A stretch of DNA of 64,000 nt from an uncultured Alphaproteobacteria bacterium (GTDB lineage: Bacteria; Pseudomonadota; Alphaproteobacteria; Sphingomonadales; Sphingomonadaceae). This document shows, in pieces, positions 1 through 10,398 of this stretch (within the stretch, counting starts at the first letter, position 1; every line of letters starts with the position of its first letter). The notes under the pieces are model-generated. The model was not told the DNA's origin, made no database searches, and worked only from the letters and a program-made list of their open reading frames with translations. The DNA lies in the NCBI GenBank assembly GCA_963779195.1, contig CAVZWZ010000008.1, forward strand, positions 431,289-495,288. Direction: 5' to 3'. A program made the translations under genes and the position numbers.

Positions 1-2
1 CC

Positions 3-860
3 TTGGCAGGCGGCGCCGCTGCGCCGGGGCTCGCCGCGCCCGGCTGGGCGGCAGGCGCGGCAGCGGCAGGCGGCGCGCCCGCCGGCACCCGCGCCAGCAA
101 GGCCGCAGCGGTCACCGGCACATCCTTCAAGGTAATCTGCTTGTCCGCAAGCTTGGGCAGCACCTGTCCGCCGACCGAAACCTGCAACGCATCGGGCCGC
201 GCCGTCCAGATCATCGGCCCGGCAGCCTCGGCCGGGCACGGTGTAAGTCTCGCCCAGCGCCATTTCCTTCTGCATCAGCTGCGCGCCCGATGCATCGTAG
301 AACTTGACCCAGACGCCCTGCGCCAGCGCGGTGAACACCACCGGACCCTGCGCTGCAGGAGTTGCCTGACCCAGGGCTGTCGCGGCGGCTGCGGGCGCAG
401 CCGTCTGCTCCGCCGTCAGATCGGGCAGCGAACCGGCCGGCGAGACGAAACTGCGCCAGATGAAGAACAGCGCGACGGCCACCGCGAGCGCGCCCAGCGC
501 CGCGATCCATGCCAGTTTCGGACCGGGCACCCGGGCGGGATCGCCCGGTTCGAACGGCAGCGAGCTATGGCGATCGAGGACATCGTCGAGCCCGTCGAGT
601 TCGTTGCGCAGGGCGGCGCCGACCTCATGCTCGTCGAGCCCGACCGCGCGCGCATAGCTGCGGGTGAAGCCAACCGCATAGGCGCGGCTGGCCAGGGCGC
701 CGTAATTGCCGGCTTCGATCGAGGCGAGATGCCGCTCGGCGATCTTGGTCTGCGCCGAAATATCGGCCAGGCTCAGCCCTGCGGCTTCGCGGGCCCGGCG
801 CAGCCGCGTTCCCGCACTGTCGAGCGGCAACTCGGCAAACTCTTCGTCCCGTTCGGCCAT
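3..860 (-). CDS. RodZ-like helix-turn-helix membrane protein (HTH_25 + TM + DUF4115), 3' end beyond window
   Basis: Manual translation from ATG at 860 (not in the ORF track): MAERDEELAELPLDSAGTRLRRAREAAGLSLADISAQTKIAERHLASIEAGNYGALASRAYAVGFTRSYARAVGL, then a TM segment LAWIAALGALAVAVALFFIW and VVFTALAQGVWVKFYD; open to the window edge. Confidence 0.85.
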   Translation of the reverse strand, partial: MAERDEEFAELPLDSAGTRLRRAREAAGLSLADISAQTKIAERHLASIEAGNYGALASRAYAVGFTRSYARAVGLDEHEVGAALRNELDGLDDVLDRHSSLPFEPGDPARVPGPKLAWIAALGALAVAVALFFIWRSFVSPAGSLPDLTAEQTAAPAAAATALGQATPAAQGPVVFTALAQGVWVKFYDASGAQLMQKEMALGETYTVPGRGCRADDLDGAARCVAGFGRRTGAAQACGQADYLEGCAGDRCGLAGAGAGGRAACRCRACRPAGRGEPRRSGAACQ

Positions 861-1026
861 GCCTGTGTAAACTCGCGATCTGGATTGTCGGTTATGGGCG
901 TTCCCGCGCGGAACCAAAGCCTACCCGCCGGTATTGTCAACGCTTTGTTGCAATTTGACGGTTGGTTCCGCGCCAGGCGGTGGCCCGTGGGCGGGGAAAT
1001 TCTGGCGAATTGTGCAGATTGACCGG

Positions 1027-3297
1027 TCAATCGAACAATATGTCGCGATCGCTTGCCCACTCGACCAGCGCGGCGCGCAGATCGGGCGGCGGTTTGGCCA
1101 GCCACCCGGCCATCGCCGCGCCGATCTCGGCGCTATCGATCTTGCAGACCATTTCCTTGATCGGCCCGACCGCAGCGGGGGTGATCGACAGGCGGCGGAT
1201 GCCAAGGCCGATCAGCGCCAGCGCCTCCAGCTGCCGCCCGCCCATTTCGCCGCAGACGGTGACATCGACCGCATGGCCGTCGAGCGAGGTCAGCACCCGC
1301 CGCAGAAAACGCAGGATCGAGGGGCTGATCCAGTCGTAGCGCTCGGCCAGCTTGGGATTGGCGCGGTCGGCGGCGAACAGGAACTGGGTGAGATCGTTGG
1401 TGCCGATCGACAGGAACGAGAGGTTGGGCGCCAGCACGTCGAGCTGTTCCGCCAGCGACGGCACCTCCAGCATCGCGCCATAGCGGATCGCATCGGGCAG
1501 CTGCTTCTTCTGCGACTTGAGGAACTGCCGCTGGCTTTCGAACACCGCCTTCGCTGCATCGAACTCCCAGGGCTCGGACACCATCGGGAACATGACATTC
1601 AGCGTCTTGCCCGCCGCCGCTTCCAGCAGCGCGCGCGCCTGCACCTTGAGCAGGCCGTCGCGCTCCAGCGCCAGCCGCAGCGCCCGCCAGCCCATCGCCG
1701 GGTTCTCTTCGTCCTCGCCGCCGTCGTGGCGCAGATAGGGCAGCACCTTGTCGCCGCCGATATCGACCGTGCGGAACACCACCGGCTTGTCCCCGGCAAT
1801 ATCGAGCACGTCGCGGTAGAGCCGCGTCTGCCGCTCGCGCGAAGGCAGCGTCGCCGAAACCAGGAACTGGAACTCGGTGCGGAACAGCCCGACCCCGTCG
1901 GCCCCGGTGAGGCTGAGGTTGGGCATGTCGTCGCGCAGCCCGGCATTGATCATCACCGCGATGCGGGCGCCGTCGCGGGTGATCGGCTCGACCTCGCGCA
2001 GCGCCGCATAAGCCGCCTGGCGCTCGCGGCTCTTGGCGAATCGGGCCTCGAAGGCCTCGGCCATGGCCGGCGCGGGCCGCACCGTGGCGGTGCCCTGGGT
2101 GGCGTCGAGCAGCAGCGGATCGCCATCGCGCAGCAGTCCGCGCATGCCGCGCACCCGGCCCAGCACCGGCACGCCCATCGCCCGCGCGACGATGACGACA
2201 TGCGAGGTCAGCGAGCCTTCCTCCAGGATCACGCCCTTGAGCCGCCGCTTGTCGTATTCGAGCAGTTCGGCCGGGCCGAGATTGCGCGCGATCAGGATGG
2301 TGTCGCTGCGCAGCCCCTGCGAGGCGGCGGTGCCGAGCTGGCCCGATACGGTGCGCAGCAGCCGGTTGGACAGGTCCTCGAGATCGTGCATGCGGTCGGC
2401 CAGCAATGGATCGTCGATCTGGCGCATGCGCATGCGGGTGCGCTGCTGCACCCGCTCGATCGCCGCCTCGGCGGTGAGGCCCGAATCGATCGCCTCGTTG
2501 ATCCGCCGCGCCCAGCCTTCGTCGTAGGCGAACATCTTGTAGGTCTCGAGCACCTCTTCGTGTTCGCCGCCGACGCCGAATTCGGCCTGGCTGGCCATGC
2601 GGTCGATCTGTTCGCGCATCTTGTCGAAGGCCAGGAACACCCGCTGGCGCTCGGCCTCGGTGTCCTCGGCCATGACATGCTCGATGTTGATGCGGGGCTG
2701 GTGATAGACGGCATTGCCGCTGGCCAGCCCCTTGACCAGGGTCAGCCCGGTCAGCCGCTGCGGTCCGCTGAGCGCAGCGGGCAGTCCCAGCACCTGCTCG
2801 TCATCGACCAGCCCGGCATTGGCGATCAGTTCGGACAGGACCATGGCCACAGTCTGCAAGGTCTCGATCTCGACATCTTCGTAGCGGCGCGGATCGACAT
2901 GCTGGACGCAGAGCACGCCGACCGCCCGCTCGCGCCGCACGATCGGCACGCCGGCGAAGGAATGGAACTTGTCCTCGCCGGTTTCCGGCCGGTAGGAAAA
3001 GTCCGGATGCGCCGCCGCCTCGGCCAGGTTCAGCGTCTCGATATTGCCGGCGATGCTGCCGACCAGCCCCTCGCCGATGGCCATGCGGGTGATATGCACC
3101 GCGCTCTGCTCCAGCCCGCGGGTGGCGAACAGTTCCAGCATGCCTTCGCGCAGCAGATAGATCGAGCAGACCTCGCTATCGAGCCCTCGACCGATCACCT
3201 CCACCACCTGGTTGAGCTTGGCCTGCGCGGCAGTGCGCGACGCCATGACTTCGTGCAGGCGGGTCAGGATGGTGCGGGAGGCGGTAACGGCGCTCAT
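1027..3297 (-). CDS. ptsP: phosphoenolpyruvate-protein phosphotransferase EI-Ntr (GAF + EI)
   Basis: N-terminal GAF (VCSIYLLREGMLELFATRGL), TSHVVIVARA phospho-His motif, GVGLFRTEF, EENPAMGWRALR, SIGTNDLTQF, CGEMGG. Confidence 0.97.
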   Translation of the reverse strand: MSAVTASRTILTRLHEVMASRTAAQAKLNQVVEVIGRGLDSEVCSIYLLREGMLELFATRGLEQSAVHITRMAIGEGLVGSIAGNIETLNLAEAAAHPDFSYRPETGEDKFHSFAGVPIVRRERAVGVLCVQHVDPRRYEDVEIETLQTVAMVLSELIANAGLVDDEQVLGLPAALSGPQRLTGLTLVKGLASGNAVYHQPRINIEHVMAEDTEAERQRVFLAFDKMREQIDRMASQAEFGVGGEHEEVLETYKMFAYDEGWARRINEAIDSGLTAEAAIERVQQRTRMRMRQIDDPLLADRMHDLEDLSNRLLRTVSGQLGTAASQGLRSDTILIARNLGPAELLEYDKRRLKGVILEEGSLTSHVVIVARAMGVPVLGRVRGMRGLLRDGDPLLLDATQGTATVRPAPAMAEAFEARFAKSRERQAAYAALREVEPITRDGARIAVMINAGLRDDMPNLSLTGADGVGLFRTEFQFLVSATLPSRERQTRLYRDVLDIAGDKPVVFRTVDIGGDKVLPYLRHDGGEDEENPAMGWRALRLALERDGLLKVQARALLEAAAGKTLNVMFPMVSEPWEFDAAKAVFESQRQFLKSQKKQLPDAIRYGAMLEVPSLAEQLDVLAPNLSFLSIGTNDLTQFLFAADRANPKLAERYDWISPSILRFLRRVLTSLDGHAVDVTVCGEMGGRQLEALALIGLGIRRLSITPAAVGPIKEMVCKIDSAEIGAAMAGWLAKPPPDLRAALVEWASDRDILFD

Positions 3298-3372
3298 GCA
3301 AGCTGCCTAGCCCAAAGCGGATGCTTTGGGAACGCGCGCCGTGCCGCCAGCGGCAGGAAAGATTCTGGGCGC

Positions 3373-3528
3373 TCAGTTGAGTGCGAGCTGTTCCTTGATC
3401 CGCAGCTTTCGCTTCTTGAGTTCCTGGAGCATCGCGATGTCAGGCAGGGGGCGGCTCAGTTCTTCTTCGATCTTGCGTTCGAGTCCGGCATGCTTGAGCT
3501 GCAGGGAGCTGACGTGCGAAGTATCCAT
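3373..3528 (-). CDS. DUF465/YdcH family small coiled-coil protein
   Basis: 51 aa, below the ORF-track cutoff: MDTSHVSSLQLKHAGLERKIEEELSRPLPDIAMLQELKKRKLRIKEQLALN; GGAGG RBS upstream. Confidence 0.85.
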   Translation of the reverse strand: MDTSHVSSLQLKHAGLERKIEEELSRPLPDIAMLQELKKRKLRIKEQLALN

Positions 3529-3741
3529 TGGCGGTCCTCCTTCGAGAGACCGGACGATCTGACCGACTCAGCCAGATTGCGGTCCGGCACGATTGTCAGT
3601 TAAGCATAATCATCCTATGTTGCGAAGCGGCTAATGCGTGCATTCCGGTGGAATCTGTCTGGATGCGCCGGGCCGTCCGGCAACGGCGGATTTCCGCCCG
3701 GTGTCCGGCAAGCGCCGGGGCTGGCATTCGGGGATGACCGC

Positions 3742-3939
3742 GTGAACGAAGAGGAAATGCGCAAGCGCCTGGAGGTGCTCCGGATCGAGCACCGCGACCT
3801 CGACGCGGCGATCGATGCGCTGACGGCGGCCGGTTCGAGCGACCAGCTGCAGATCGCCCGGCTGAAGAAGCGCAAGCTGCGGCTCAAGGACCAGATCGCG
3901 CTGCTCGAGGACTATCTGATCCCCGATATCATCGCCTGA
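3742..3939 (+). CDS. DUF465/YdcH family small coiled-coil protein
   Basis: GTG start; EHRDLDAAIDAL...QIARLKKRKLRLKDQI...PDIIA is the family pattern; divergent from the paralog at 3373-3528. Confidence 0.88.
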   Translation: MNEEEMRKRLEVLRIEHRDLDAAIDALTAAGSSDQLQIARLKKRKLRLKDQIALLEDYLIPDIIA

Positions 3940-4086
3940 GCCGGCCCGGCAGCGCCCGCGATGGTCCCGTTGCGGGATGCTGGGCGATACCGGCGTACCG
4001 CTTTCGGACAGTGGCGCGATAATGTGCAAAACCGCCTGCCCGCCGATTGCCGAGTCGCCGCCGCATGGGCCTATCGGGGAGGGGCG

Positions 4087-4548
4087 ATGTCCACTCCCGC
4101 CACCATCAGTCCGCGCATCATCGAAGGGCTCTATTGCGAGGCGCTCGTGCTGTCGGACGAAGTGCGCGCAGCCTTTGCCCTGTCGGGACGGCTCAGCCGG
4201 GCAGGCAGCGAGGAAGACCTCGCGCGGGTGGCGCTTTCCTGCGAGGGGTTGCGCACCACCACCCGGATGATGCATGCGTTGGCCTGGCTGCTCAACTACC
4301 GCGCTTATTTTCTGGGCGAAATCTCCGAATTCCAGCTGCGCCGCTATGGCCGGTTGGCCAGCGATCACGGTGGGGCGGGGCCGGACCATCAGGACATGCT
4401 CGATATGCCCACCCGCCAGCTGATCGCCGCGACCGAGCGCTTCTATGCCCGTTTGCAGCGGCTCGACCTGGGCTGGCGCGAGCACATGCCGGTCGCCCCG
4501 GGCGCGATTGAGCGGATTCGCGACCGGGTGAGCGCGGCGACCAACTGA
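4087..4548 (+). CDS. DUF1465 family protein (RcdA-like regulator of CtrA degradation)
   Basis: IEGLYCEALVLSDEVRAAF...LSCEGLRTTTRMMHALAWLL...ERFYARLQRLD matches the DUF1465 pattern. Confidence 0.8.
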   Translation: MSTPATISPRIIEGLYCEALVLSDEVRAAFALSGRLSRAGSEEDLARVALSCEGLRTTTRMMHALAWLLNYRAYFLGEISEFQLRRYGRLASDHGGAGPDHQDMLDMPTRQLIAATERFYARLQRLDLGWREHMPVAPGAIERIRDRVSAATN

Positions 4549-4569
4549 ATTGCCGCGCAGCGGCCGGGT

Positions 4570-6049
4570 TCAGACGCCCGCCATCGCCTTGTCCCAAGCC
4601 TCCAGCCTCGCAGCCCGCTCTCCGGCGGCCATCGCCGGGGCAAACCGCCGCACGCTGCCGCGCATGGCTGCCGACGCCTCTTCCAGCGACGCAAACAACC
4701 CCGCGCCAAGCCCGGCCAGCATCGCCGCGCCCAGCGCCGTGGTCTCGACGAAGTCGGGCCGCTCGACCGGCAGCTCCAGCATGTCGGCCAGATCCTGCGC
4801 CATCCAGTCGTTGGCGCTCATCCCGCCGTCGATGCGCAGCGTCGTCCAGCCCGCGCCGTCGCCCGCGAAAGCCCGGGCGAGGTCGTGGGTCTGCAGCGCC
4901 ATCGCCTCCAGCGCGGCGCGGACGATATGGGCGCGGGTGGTGGCGAAGCTCATGCCGCGTGATTGCCGCGCGCGCCTCTGGCCGCCAATGCGGCGCCCCC
5001 AGACCGGATAGCGCGGGCACCACCACTACCCCGCCGCTGTCCGCCACCGAGCGGGCCAGCGCCTCGCTCTCATCCGCGCCGGCGATCAGCCCCAGCGAAT
5101 CGCGCAGCCACTGCATCAGACTGCCGGCAACGAAGACCGAGCCTTCCAGAGCGTACAACCGCGTCCCGCCCAGCTGGCACAGCACCGTGCCGAGCAGCCG
5201 GTGCCGCGATTGCGGTATCGCCGCGCCCCGGTTCGCCAGCACGAAAGCGCCGGTGCCATAGGTCGCTTTGGTGTCGCCGGGCGCAAGGCAGCCCTGGCCG
5301 ATCGTCGCCGATTGCTGGTCGCCCGCAAGCCCGGTTATGGCAATGGGCGAGCCGAACAGCTCGGGCAGGGTCGCGCCAAACGATCCGGCATTGTCGGTCA
5401 CTTCGCCCAGAGCGCCAGGCGGCACGCCGAACAGATCGCACAGGCCGGGATCGAACTGCGCGACCGCCAGCGGCAGCAGGCTGGTGCGGCTGGCGTTGCT
5501 GGCGTCGCTGATCTGCAGTCCGCCGGTCAGCTTCGCGACAAGCCAGCTCTCCACCGTGCCCAGCGCCAGCCGGCTACCTGCCGCCGCCTCGGCCACCGCA
5601 GGGGAATTGTCGATCAGCCAGCGCATCTTTGTCGCGGAGAAATAGGGATCGAGCAGCAGCCCGGTCTGCGCCTGCACCGCCGCCTCTTGCCCCGCCTCGC
5701 GCAGCGCGGCGCAGGCATCGGCGGTGCGCCGGTCCTGCCAGACCAGCGCGCGGTGCAGCGGTTCGAGCGTCTTCCGGTCCCAGGCGACCACGGTTTCGCG
5801 CTGGTTGGTGATGCCGATACCGGCGATCCGGTCCGCGCCGCCGGCTTGCGTGATGACATCCTGGGCGCAGGCGAGCGTCGATTGCCAGATTTCGTCCGCA
5901 TCGTGTTCGACCCAGCCCGGCTGGGGATAGTGCTGGGCAAGCTCCCTTTGCGCCAATGCGCGCAGGCCGCCTCGCCGGTCGAAAACCATGGCGCGGGTCG
6001 AGGTGGTGCCCGCGTCGAGCACGAGAATAAGTTCGCCTGGCGGGTTCAT
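4570..6049 (-). CDS. glpK: glycerol kinase, one frameshift near 4957 (probable sequencing error)
   Basis: LDAGTTSTRA, GITNQRETVVAWD, LLDPYFSATK, GDQQSA, KATYGTG; C-terminal part (IDGGMSANDW, ETTALGAA) continues in ORF 4570-4953 after one extra base. Confidence 0.92.
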
Positions 6050-6069
6050 GAAGTTCTCCCCCACCCCTT

Positions 6070-6101
6070 GTGCCGTTCGTGTCGAGCGAAGTCGAGACAC
6101 C
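6070..6101. repeat. short REP-like palindromic unit (GTTCGTGTCGAGCGAAGTCGAGACAC)
   Basis: Imperfect hairpin GTGTC-GAGCGAAGTCGA-GACAC between divergent glpK and MBL genes; GAGC-N3-GTCGA core shared with the repeats at 11776 and 20274. Confidence 0.5.
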
Positions 6102-6154
6102 TCGCGCAACAGTTGGGCTTGGCGGAAGCCTCGCACACGTCCATATCGCCCTCC

Positions 6155-7027
6155 ATGGAATTCCCGCCCAAGCCTTGGCCCGTCGCTCGTGCCGAACAAA
6201 CCGAGCCGCTGGTGCGCCGGGTGCTGGTCGACAATCCCTCGGCCTTCACCTTCACCGGCACCCAGACCTACCTCGTCGGCAGCGAGGGCGAGGTCGCGGT
6301 GATCGATCCCGGACCGGACGAGCCCGAACATATCGCCGCGCTGGTCCGGATTATCGGCGATGCCCGCCTCGTCGCCATCGCCTGCACCCATACCCACCGC
6401 GACCACTCCCCCGCCGCAGCCCCGCTCGCCGCCGCGACCGGTGCCCCGATCATCGGCTGCGCGCCCCTATCGCTGACCGACGACGGCCCCCGCGCCGACG
6501 CCGCATTCGATCCGAGCTATGCGCCCGAACGCGTCCTCGGCGATGGCGATGCGCTCTCCGGCAAGGGCTGGACCCTGACCGCCGTCGCCACTCCCGGCCA
6601 CACTTCGAACCACCTGTGCTATGCGCTGGAGGAATCCGGCGCGCTGTTCACCGGCGATCACGTGATGGGCTGGTCGACCACGGTGATCGCTCCGCCCGAT
6701 GGCGATATGGCCGACTACATGGCCAGCCTGCACAAGCTCCAGGACCGCGAGGACCGCGTCTATTACCCGGCCCACGGCCCGGCGGTGACCAAGCCGCGCC
6801 AGCTGGTGCGCGGCATGATCGGCCACCGCCGCCAGCGCGAAAGCCAGATCCTGCGGCTGATCGGCGAGGGCACCGGGGCGATCGAAGACATGGTGCCGCA
6901 GATGTACAAGGGCGTCGATGAGCGCATGTGGCCGGCGGCGGGCCGCTCGGTGCTCGCCCATCTGATCGACCTCGAGCGCAAGGGCCGCGTTGCCCGCGAT
7001 GGCGAGCTGTGGACAGCGGCGGCCTGA
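6155..7027 (+). CDS. MBL-fold metallo-hydrolase (LACTB2-like)
   Basis: NPSAFTFTGTQTY, THTHRDH, TPGHTSNH, GDHVMG, PAHG. Confidence 0.93.
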   Translation: MEFPPKPWPVARAEQTEPLVRRVLVDNPSAFTFTGTQTYLVGSEGEVAVIDPGPDEPEHIAALVRIIGDARLVAIACTHTHRDHSPAAAPLAAATGAPIIGCAPLSLTDDGPRADAAFDPSYAPERVLGDGDALSGKGWTLTAVATPGHTSNHLCYALEESGALFTGDHVMGWSTTVIAPPDGDMADYMASLHKLQDREDRVYYPAHGPAVTKPRQLVRGMIGHRRQRESQILRLIGEGTGAIEDMVPQMYKGVDERMWPAAGRSVLAHLIDLERKGRVARDGELWTAAA

Positions 7028-7644
7028 CTGTGCGGCGCGGGGCGGCGCTGGCGCCGGCGCTTCCTTGGGCGCTGTTCGCGGCGGCGCTGGCGCTTGCGGT
7101 CTGGGCGCTGTGGCCCGGGGCGAAAGGCGATCCGCTCGGCGCGACGCTGACCGCCTTCGAGAAGCAGAACCGGCTTACCGTGTTCAGCGCCCAGCTCTCG
7201 CCGGTGGTCGCTGCCGACGAGGAGGCGCTGTTCGGCATGCTGACGACCAAGCAGGTCGCGGTGATCCCGGCGCGGGTCGATTACATGCTCGATCTCAGCG
7301 CCGTCTCGCGCGAACGGCTGGGCTGGGACGCCAATGCGCAGCGGCTCGATGTCCGCCTGCCGCCGCTGGTGCTCAGCCGCCCCAACCTCGACGAGGGCCG
7401 CGCGCAATATCTGCGCGAAGGCGTGTGGATCAGCCGCACAACGCAAGACAAGCTGACCCGCGAGAACACGAAGCTCGCCGAGAAGCTGGCGGCGGACCAG
7501 GCCACCAATCCGGTGCTGCTGAACCTCGCCGCCAGCGCCGCCAAGGATGCGATCCGGCAGAACCTGTCGATCCCGCTGCAGGTCGCGGGCTTTGGCGATG
7601 TCGTGGTCGCGGTGCGGTTCGATGGCGAGCGGGCGGCGCCCTGA
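7009..7644 (+). CDS. DUF4230 domain membrane-anchored protein
   Basis: N-terminal TM helix, then VIPARVDYMLDLS...LDVRLPPL; start uncertain (GTG 7009). Confidence 0.7.
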   Translation: MDSGGLTVRRGAALAPALPWALFAAALALAVWALWPGAKGDPLGATLTAFEKQNRLTVFSAQLSPVVAADEEALFGMLTTKQVAVIPARVDYMLDLSAVSRERLGWDANAQRLDVRLPPLVLSRPNLDEGRAQYLREGVWISRTTQDKLTRENTKLAEKLAADQATNPVLLNLAASAAKDAIRQNLSIPLQVAGFGDVVVAVRFDGERAAP

Positions 7645-7663
7645 TTTGCCGGCGGGGGCGCGC

Positions 7664-9400
7664 TTGCTGAAACGGTCGGCGCTCGGGCCGCTGGCCGCCG
7701 CCGCGCTGGCGCTGGCCGTGGCGCTGGCGGTGTTCGGCCTGCGCATCGCCGATCCGCGCGATGCCAGCTGGATATCCGGCGACGCGGTCACCGCGCTGTT
7801 CGGCTGGCGGCAGTATCTGGCCGACCCGGCGCATCTGTTCCCCGTGGTCTCGGATCGCGCTTCCTGGCCGCTGCCGATGCCGGTGGCGGTGTTCGACGCG
7901 ATCCCGATCGCCGCGCTGATCGCCAAGGCCCTTGCGCCGCTGCTGCCTGCGCAGTTCCACTATTTCGGCCTGGCGTTCCTCACCGGCGTCTTCCTGCAGG
8001 CGCTGTTTGCCTGGGCGCTGCTGCGCGAGGCGACACGGGGGCGGGAAGGGGAGGGGTGGGCCTACCAAGCGGCGCTGCTGATCGGCGCGCTGTTCTTCGC
8101 CACCGCGCCAATCCTGCTGACCCGCTTCTACGTCACGCAAATGGCGCTGGCGATCCAGTGGCCGCTGATCGCTGCGCTGTGGCTTTACGTGCGCAGCGCC
8201 CGGGTTGGTTTCTGGCGCAGCATCCGCGATTTCTCGGCGCTCGGCTTCGTCGGGGCGGCGATCAATCCCTACACGATGGCGATGGTGCTGCTGATCTACG
8301 CGGCGTTCGTGCTCAAGGCGATTCTCGAAAGATCGCTGCGCCCGCTCGATCTGGTCGCCGTTCTGGCGCCGGGCCTCTGCGCGCTTGGGCGGTTTGATCC
8401 TGTTCGGTTTTGTCGATCCGGGCAGCGGCGGCTCGCTTGGCGACGCGGGCTTCGGCATCTTCTCGGCGAGTCCGCTCACCCTGTTCGAGCCGATGCCGAA
8501 AATCCTGGGCTCGCAGTTCATCCCCGCGCTCGGCATCGCCAGCCGGGCGCAGTTCGAGGGCTTCGGCTATTTGGGGCTCGGCGCGCTGCTGCTGATCATC
8601 GGCGGGTTGGGCCTGATCGCCAGGCGTCGGGACGGCGGCGGAGGCTTGACGAAGCCGCTGCTCATCGTCGCCGCGCTGGCCTATCTCTGGGCCTTGTCGA
8701 ACGTGGTGACGATCGGCACCTGGCGTTTCGAGGTGCCACTGCCTTCGGGACTGCGCAATCTGCTGGAGAACTTCCGCTCGTCCGGGCGTTTCATCTGGGT
8801 CGCCGTCTACGCCTTGCTGTTCGTCGCCATCTCCGGCCTGATTCGTCTCGCCGCTCCTCGCCGTGCCGCTGCGCTGCTGCTGGCGGCGGCGCTGGTCCAG
8901 ATCGCCGATCTCGCCGGGCCGCTGGCGCAGATGCACCAGCGCTTCGCCGAACGGCGCGGGGCGGCGCAGTTCAGCGATGCCGCCTATGCCGGGTTGGGCC
9001 AGGCGCACGATACGCTGCTGATCGCGCCGCCCTGGCAATGCCGCAGGGGCGACGGGGCCAAGGGAGAATATCCCGATTCGATGTTCGCGCAATTTTCCGT
9101 GCTGGCGATGGAAGGCGGCCTGCGGACCAACAGCTTCTACGGCGGGCGCACCCCGCGCAACCAGGCCGAAATACCACTGCAAGGCCTTCCCCGCTGCGCT
9201 TGGGGCCAGGCCGGCGGACAAGCGCACGGCCTATCTGCTGTCGCCGCGCGGCTTCCGCAGCTTCGGCGCGCATATCGCTGCGACGCATCGCTTGCGATTT
9301 CGCCGAGAATTTCTACATCTGCCGGGGTGACGGCGGCGCATCCGGGTTCACCCCGCGCGCGCGGCAGGCGCTTTTCGTGCCCGGCAATTCGGCGCTATAG
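7664..9400 (+). CDS. polytopic membrane protein, DUF6311/GT-C-like, with three single-base frameshifts (~8388, ~9170, ~9292)
   Basis: DAIP, YFG, QFEGFGYLGLG and FRSSGRFIW motifs; coding passes through frames 7547, 8385, a third frame (YHCKAFPAALG...) and back to 7547 (CDFAENFYIC). Confidence 0.7.
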   Translation: MLKRSALGPLAAAALALAVALAVFGLRIADPRDASWISGDAVTALFGWRQYLADPAHLFPVVSDRASWPLPMPVAVFDAIPIAALIAKALAPLLPAQFHYFGLAFLTGVFLQALFAWALLREATRGREGEGWAYQAALLIGALFFATAPILLTRFYVTQMALAIQWPLIAALWLYVRSARVGFWRSIRDFSALGFVGAAINPYTMAMVLLIYAAFVLKAILERSLRPLDLVAVLAPGLCALGRFDPVRFCRSGQRRLAWRRGLRHLLGESAHPVRADAENPGLAVHPRARHRQPGAVRGLRLFGARRAAADHRRVGPDRQASGRRRRLDEAAAHRRRAGLSLGLVERGDDRHLAFRGATAFGTAQSAGELPLVRAFHLGRRLRLAVRRHLRPDSSRRSSPCRCAAAGGGAGPDRRSRRAAGADAPALRRTARGGAVQRCRLCRVGPGARYAADRAALAMPQGRRGQGRISRFDVRAIFRAGDGRRPADQQLLRRAHPAQPGRNTTARPSPLRLGPGRRTSARPICCRRAASAASARISLRRIACDFAENFYICRGDGGASGFTPRARQALFVPGNSAL

Positions 9401-9408
9401 GAACAGCC

Positions 9409-10395
9409 ATGAACCAGCAAACACGCCTCGCAGGCACCGACCTGCTCGCCGAAATCGACCGCCTGCGCAAAGAGCGCAACGCGGTGATCCTCGCCCATTA
9501 TTACCAGAAGCCGGAGATCCAGGATCTCGCCGATTATGTCGGCGATTCGCTGGAACTGTCCAAAAAGGCGGCGGCGACCGATGCCGAGGTGATCGCTTTC
9601 TGCGGCGTGAAATTCATGGCCGACACCGCGAAAATCCTCAGCCCCGAAAAGATTGTCGTGCTGCCCGATCTCAACGCCGGATGCAGCCTCGAGGATTCCT
9701 GCCCGCCCGAGAAATTCAAGGCCTTCCGCGAAGCCCACCCCGATCACATCGCGCTGACTTATATCAATTGCTCGACCGAGGTGAAGGCGCTGAGCGACGT
9801 GATCGTCACCAGCTCCAGCGCCGAGATCATCCTCCAGCAAATTCCGCCGGAACAGAAGATCATATTCGGCCCCGACCGGCATCTGGGCGGCTATCTCAGC
9901 CGCAAGTTCAACCGGCCAATGCTGCTGTGGCCGGGCGTCTGCATCGTCCACGAGGCGTTTTCGGAAACCGAGCTGCTCAAACTCAAGGCCCAGCACCCCG
10001 GCGCGCCGATAGCGGCCCACCCCGAATGCCCCCCCGCAATCATCGACCACGCCGATTACGTCGGCTCGACCAGCGGCATCCTCAATTTCGCCAAGACCTT
10101 CCCCGGCGACACGCTGATCGTCGCCACCGAGCCGCACATCATCCACCAGATGGAAAAGGCCCTGCCGGATAAACGCTTCATCGGCGCACCCGGCGCCGAC
10201 GGCAACTGCAACTGCAACATCTGCCCCTACATGGCGCTGAATACGCTGGAGAAACTCTACGTCGCGCTGAGGGACTTGCAGCCGAGGATCGAGATCGAGG
10301 AAGGCCTGCGGCTGGCGGCGAAGAAGAGCCTGGACCGGATGCTGGAGATGGCGGCGGGGACGGTGGGCAAGGGGGATTTGGGGGTGAAGATTTAG
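9409..10395 (+). CDS. nadA: quinolinate synthase
   Basis: ILAHYYQ, GDSLELS, FCGVKFMA, AGCSL, YINCS, CIVH, AHPEC, GST, CPYM. Confidence 0.98.
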   Translation: MNQQTRLAGTDLLAEIDRLRKERNAVILAHYYQKPEIQDLADYVGDSLELSKKAAATDAEVIAFCGVKFMADTAKILSPEKIVVLPDLNAGCSLEDSCPPEKFKAFREAHPDHIALTYINCSTEVKALSDVIVTSSSAEIILQQIPPEQKIIFGPDRHLGGYLSRKFNRPMLLWPGVCIVHEAFSETELLKLKAQHPGAPIAAHPECPPAIIDHADYVGSTSGILNFAKTFPGDTLIVATEPHIIHQMEKALPDKRFIGAPGADGNCNCNICPYMALNTLEKLYVALRDLQPRIEIEEGLRLAAKKSLDRMLEMAAGTVGKGDLGVKI

Positions 10396-10398
10396 CCG

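Noticed and set aside
934-3603. 889-aa plus-strand ORF and similar long ORFs (16830-18380, 39470-41608, 44967-46526, 58698-60656)
   Set aside because: Antisense shadows of real high-GC genes with no recognisable motifs.
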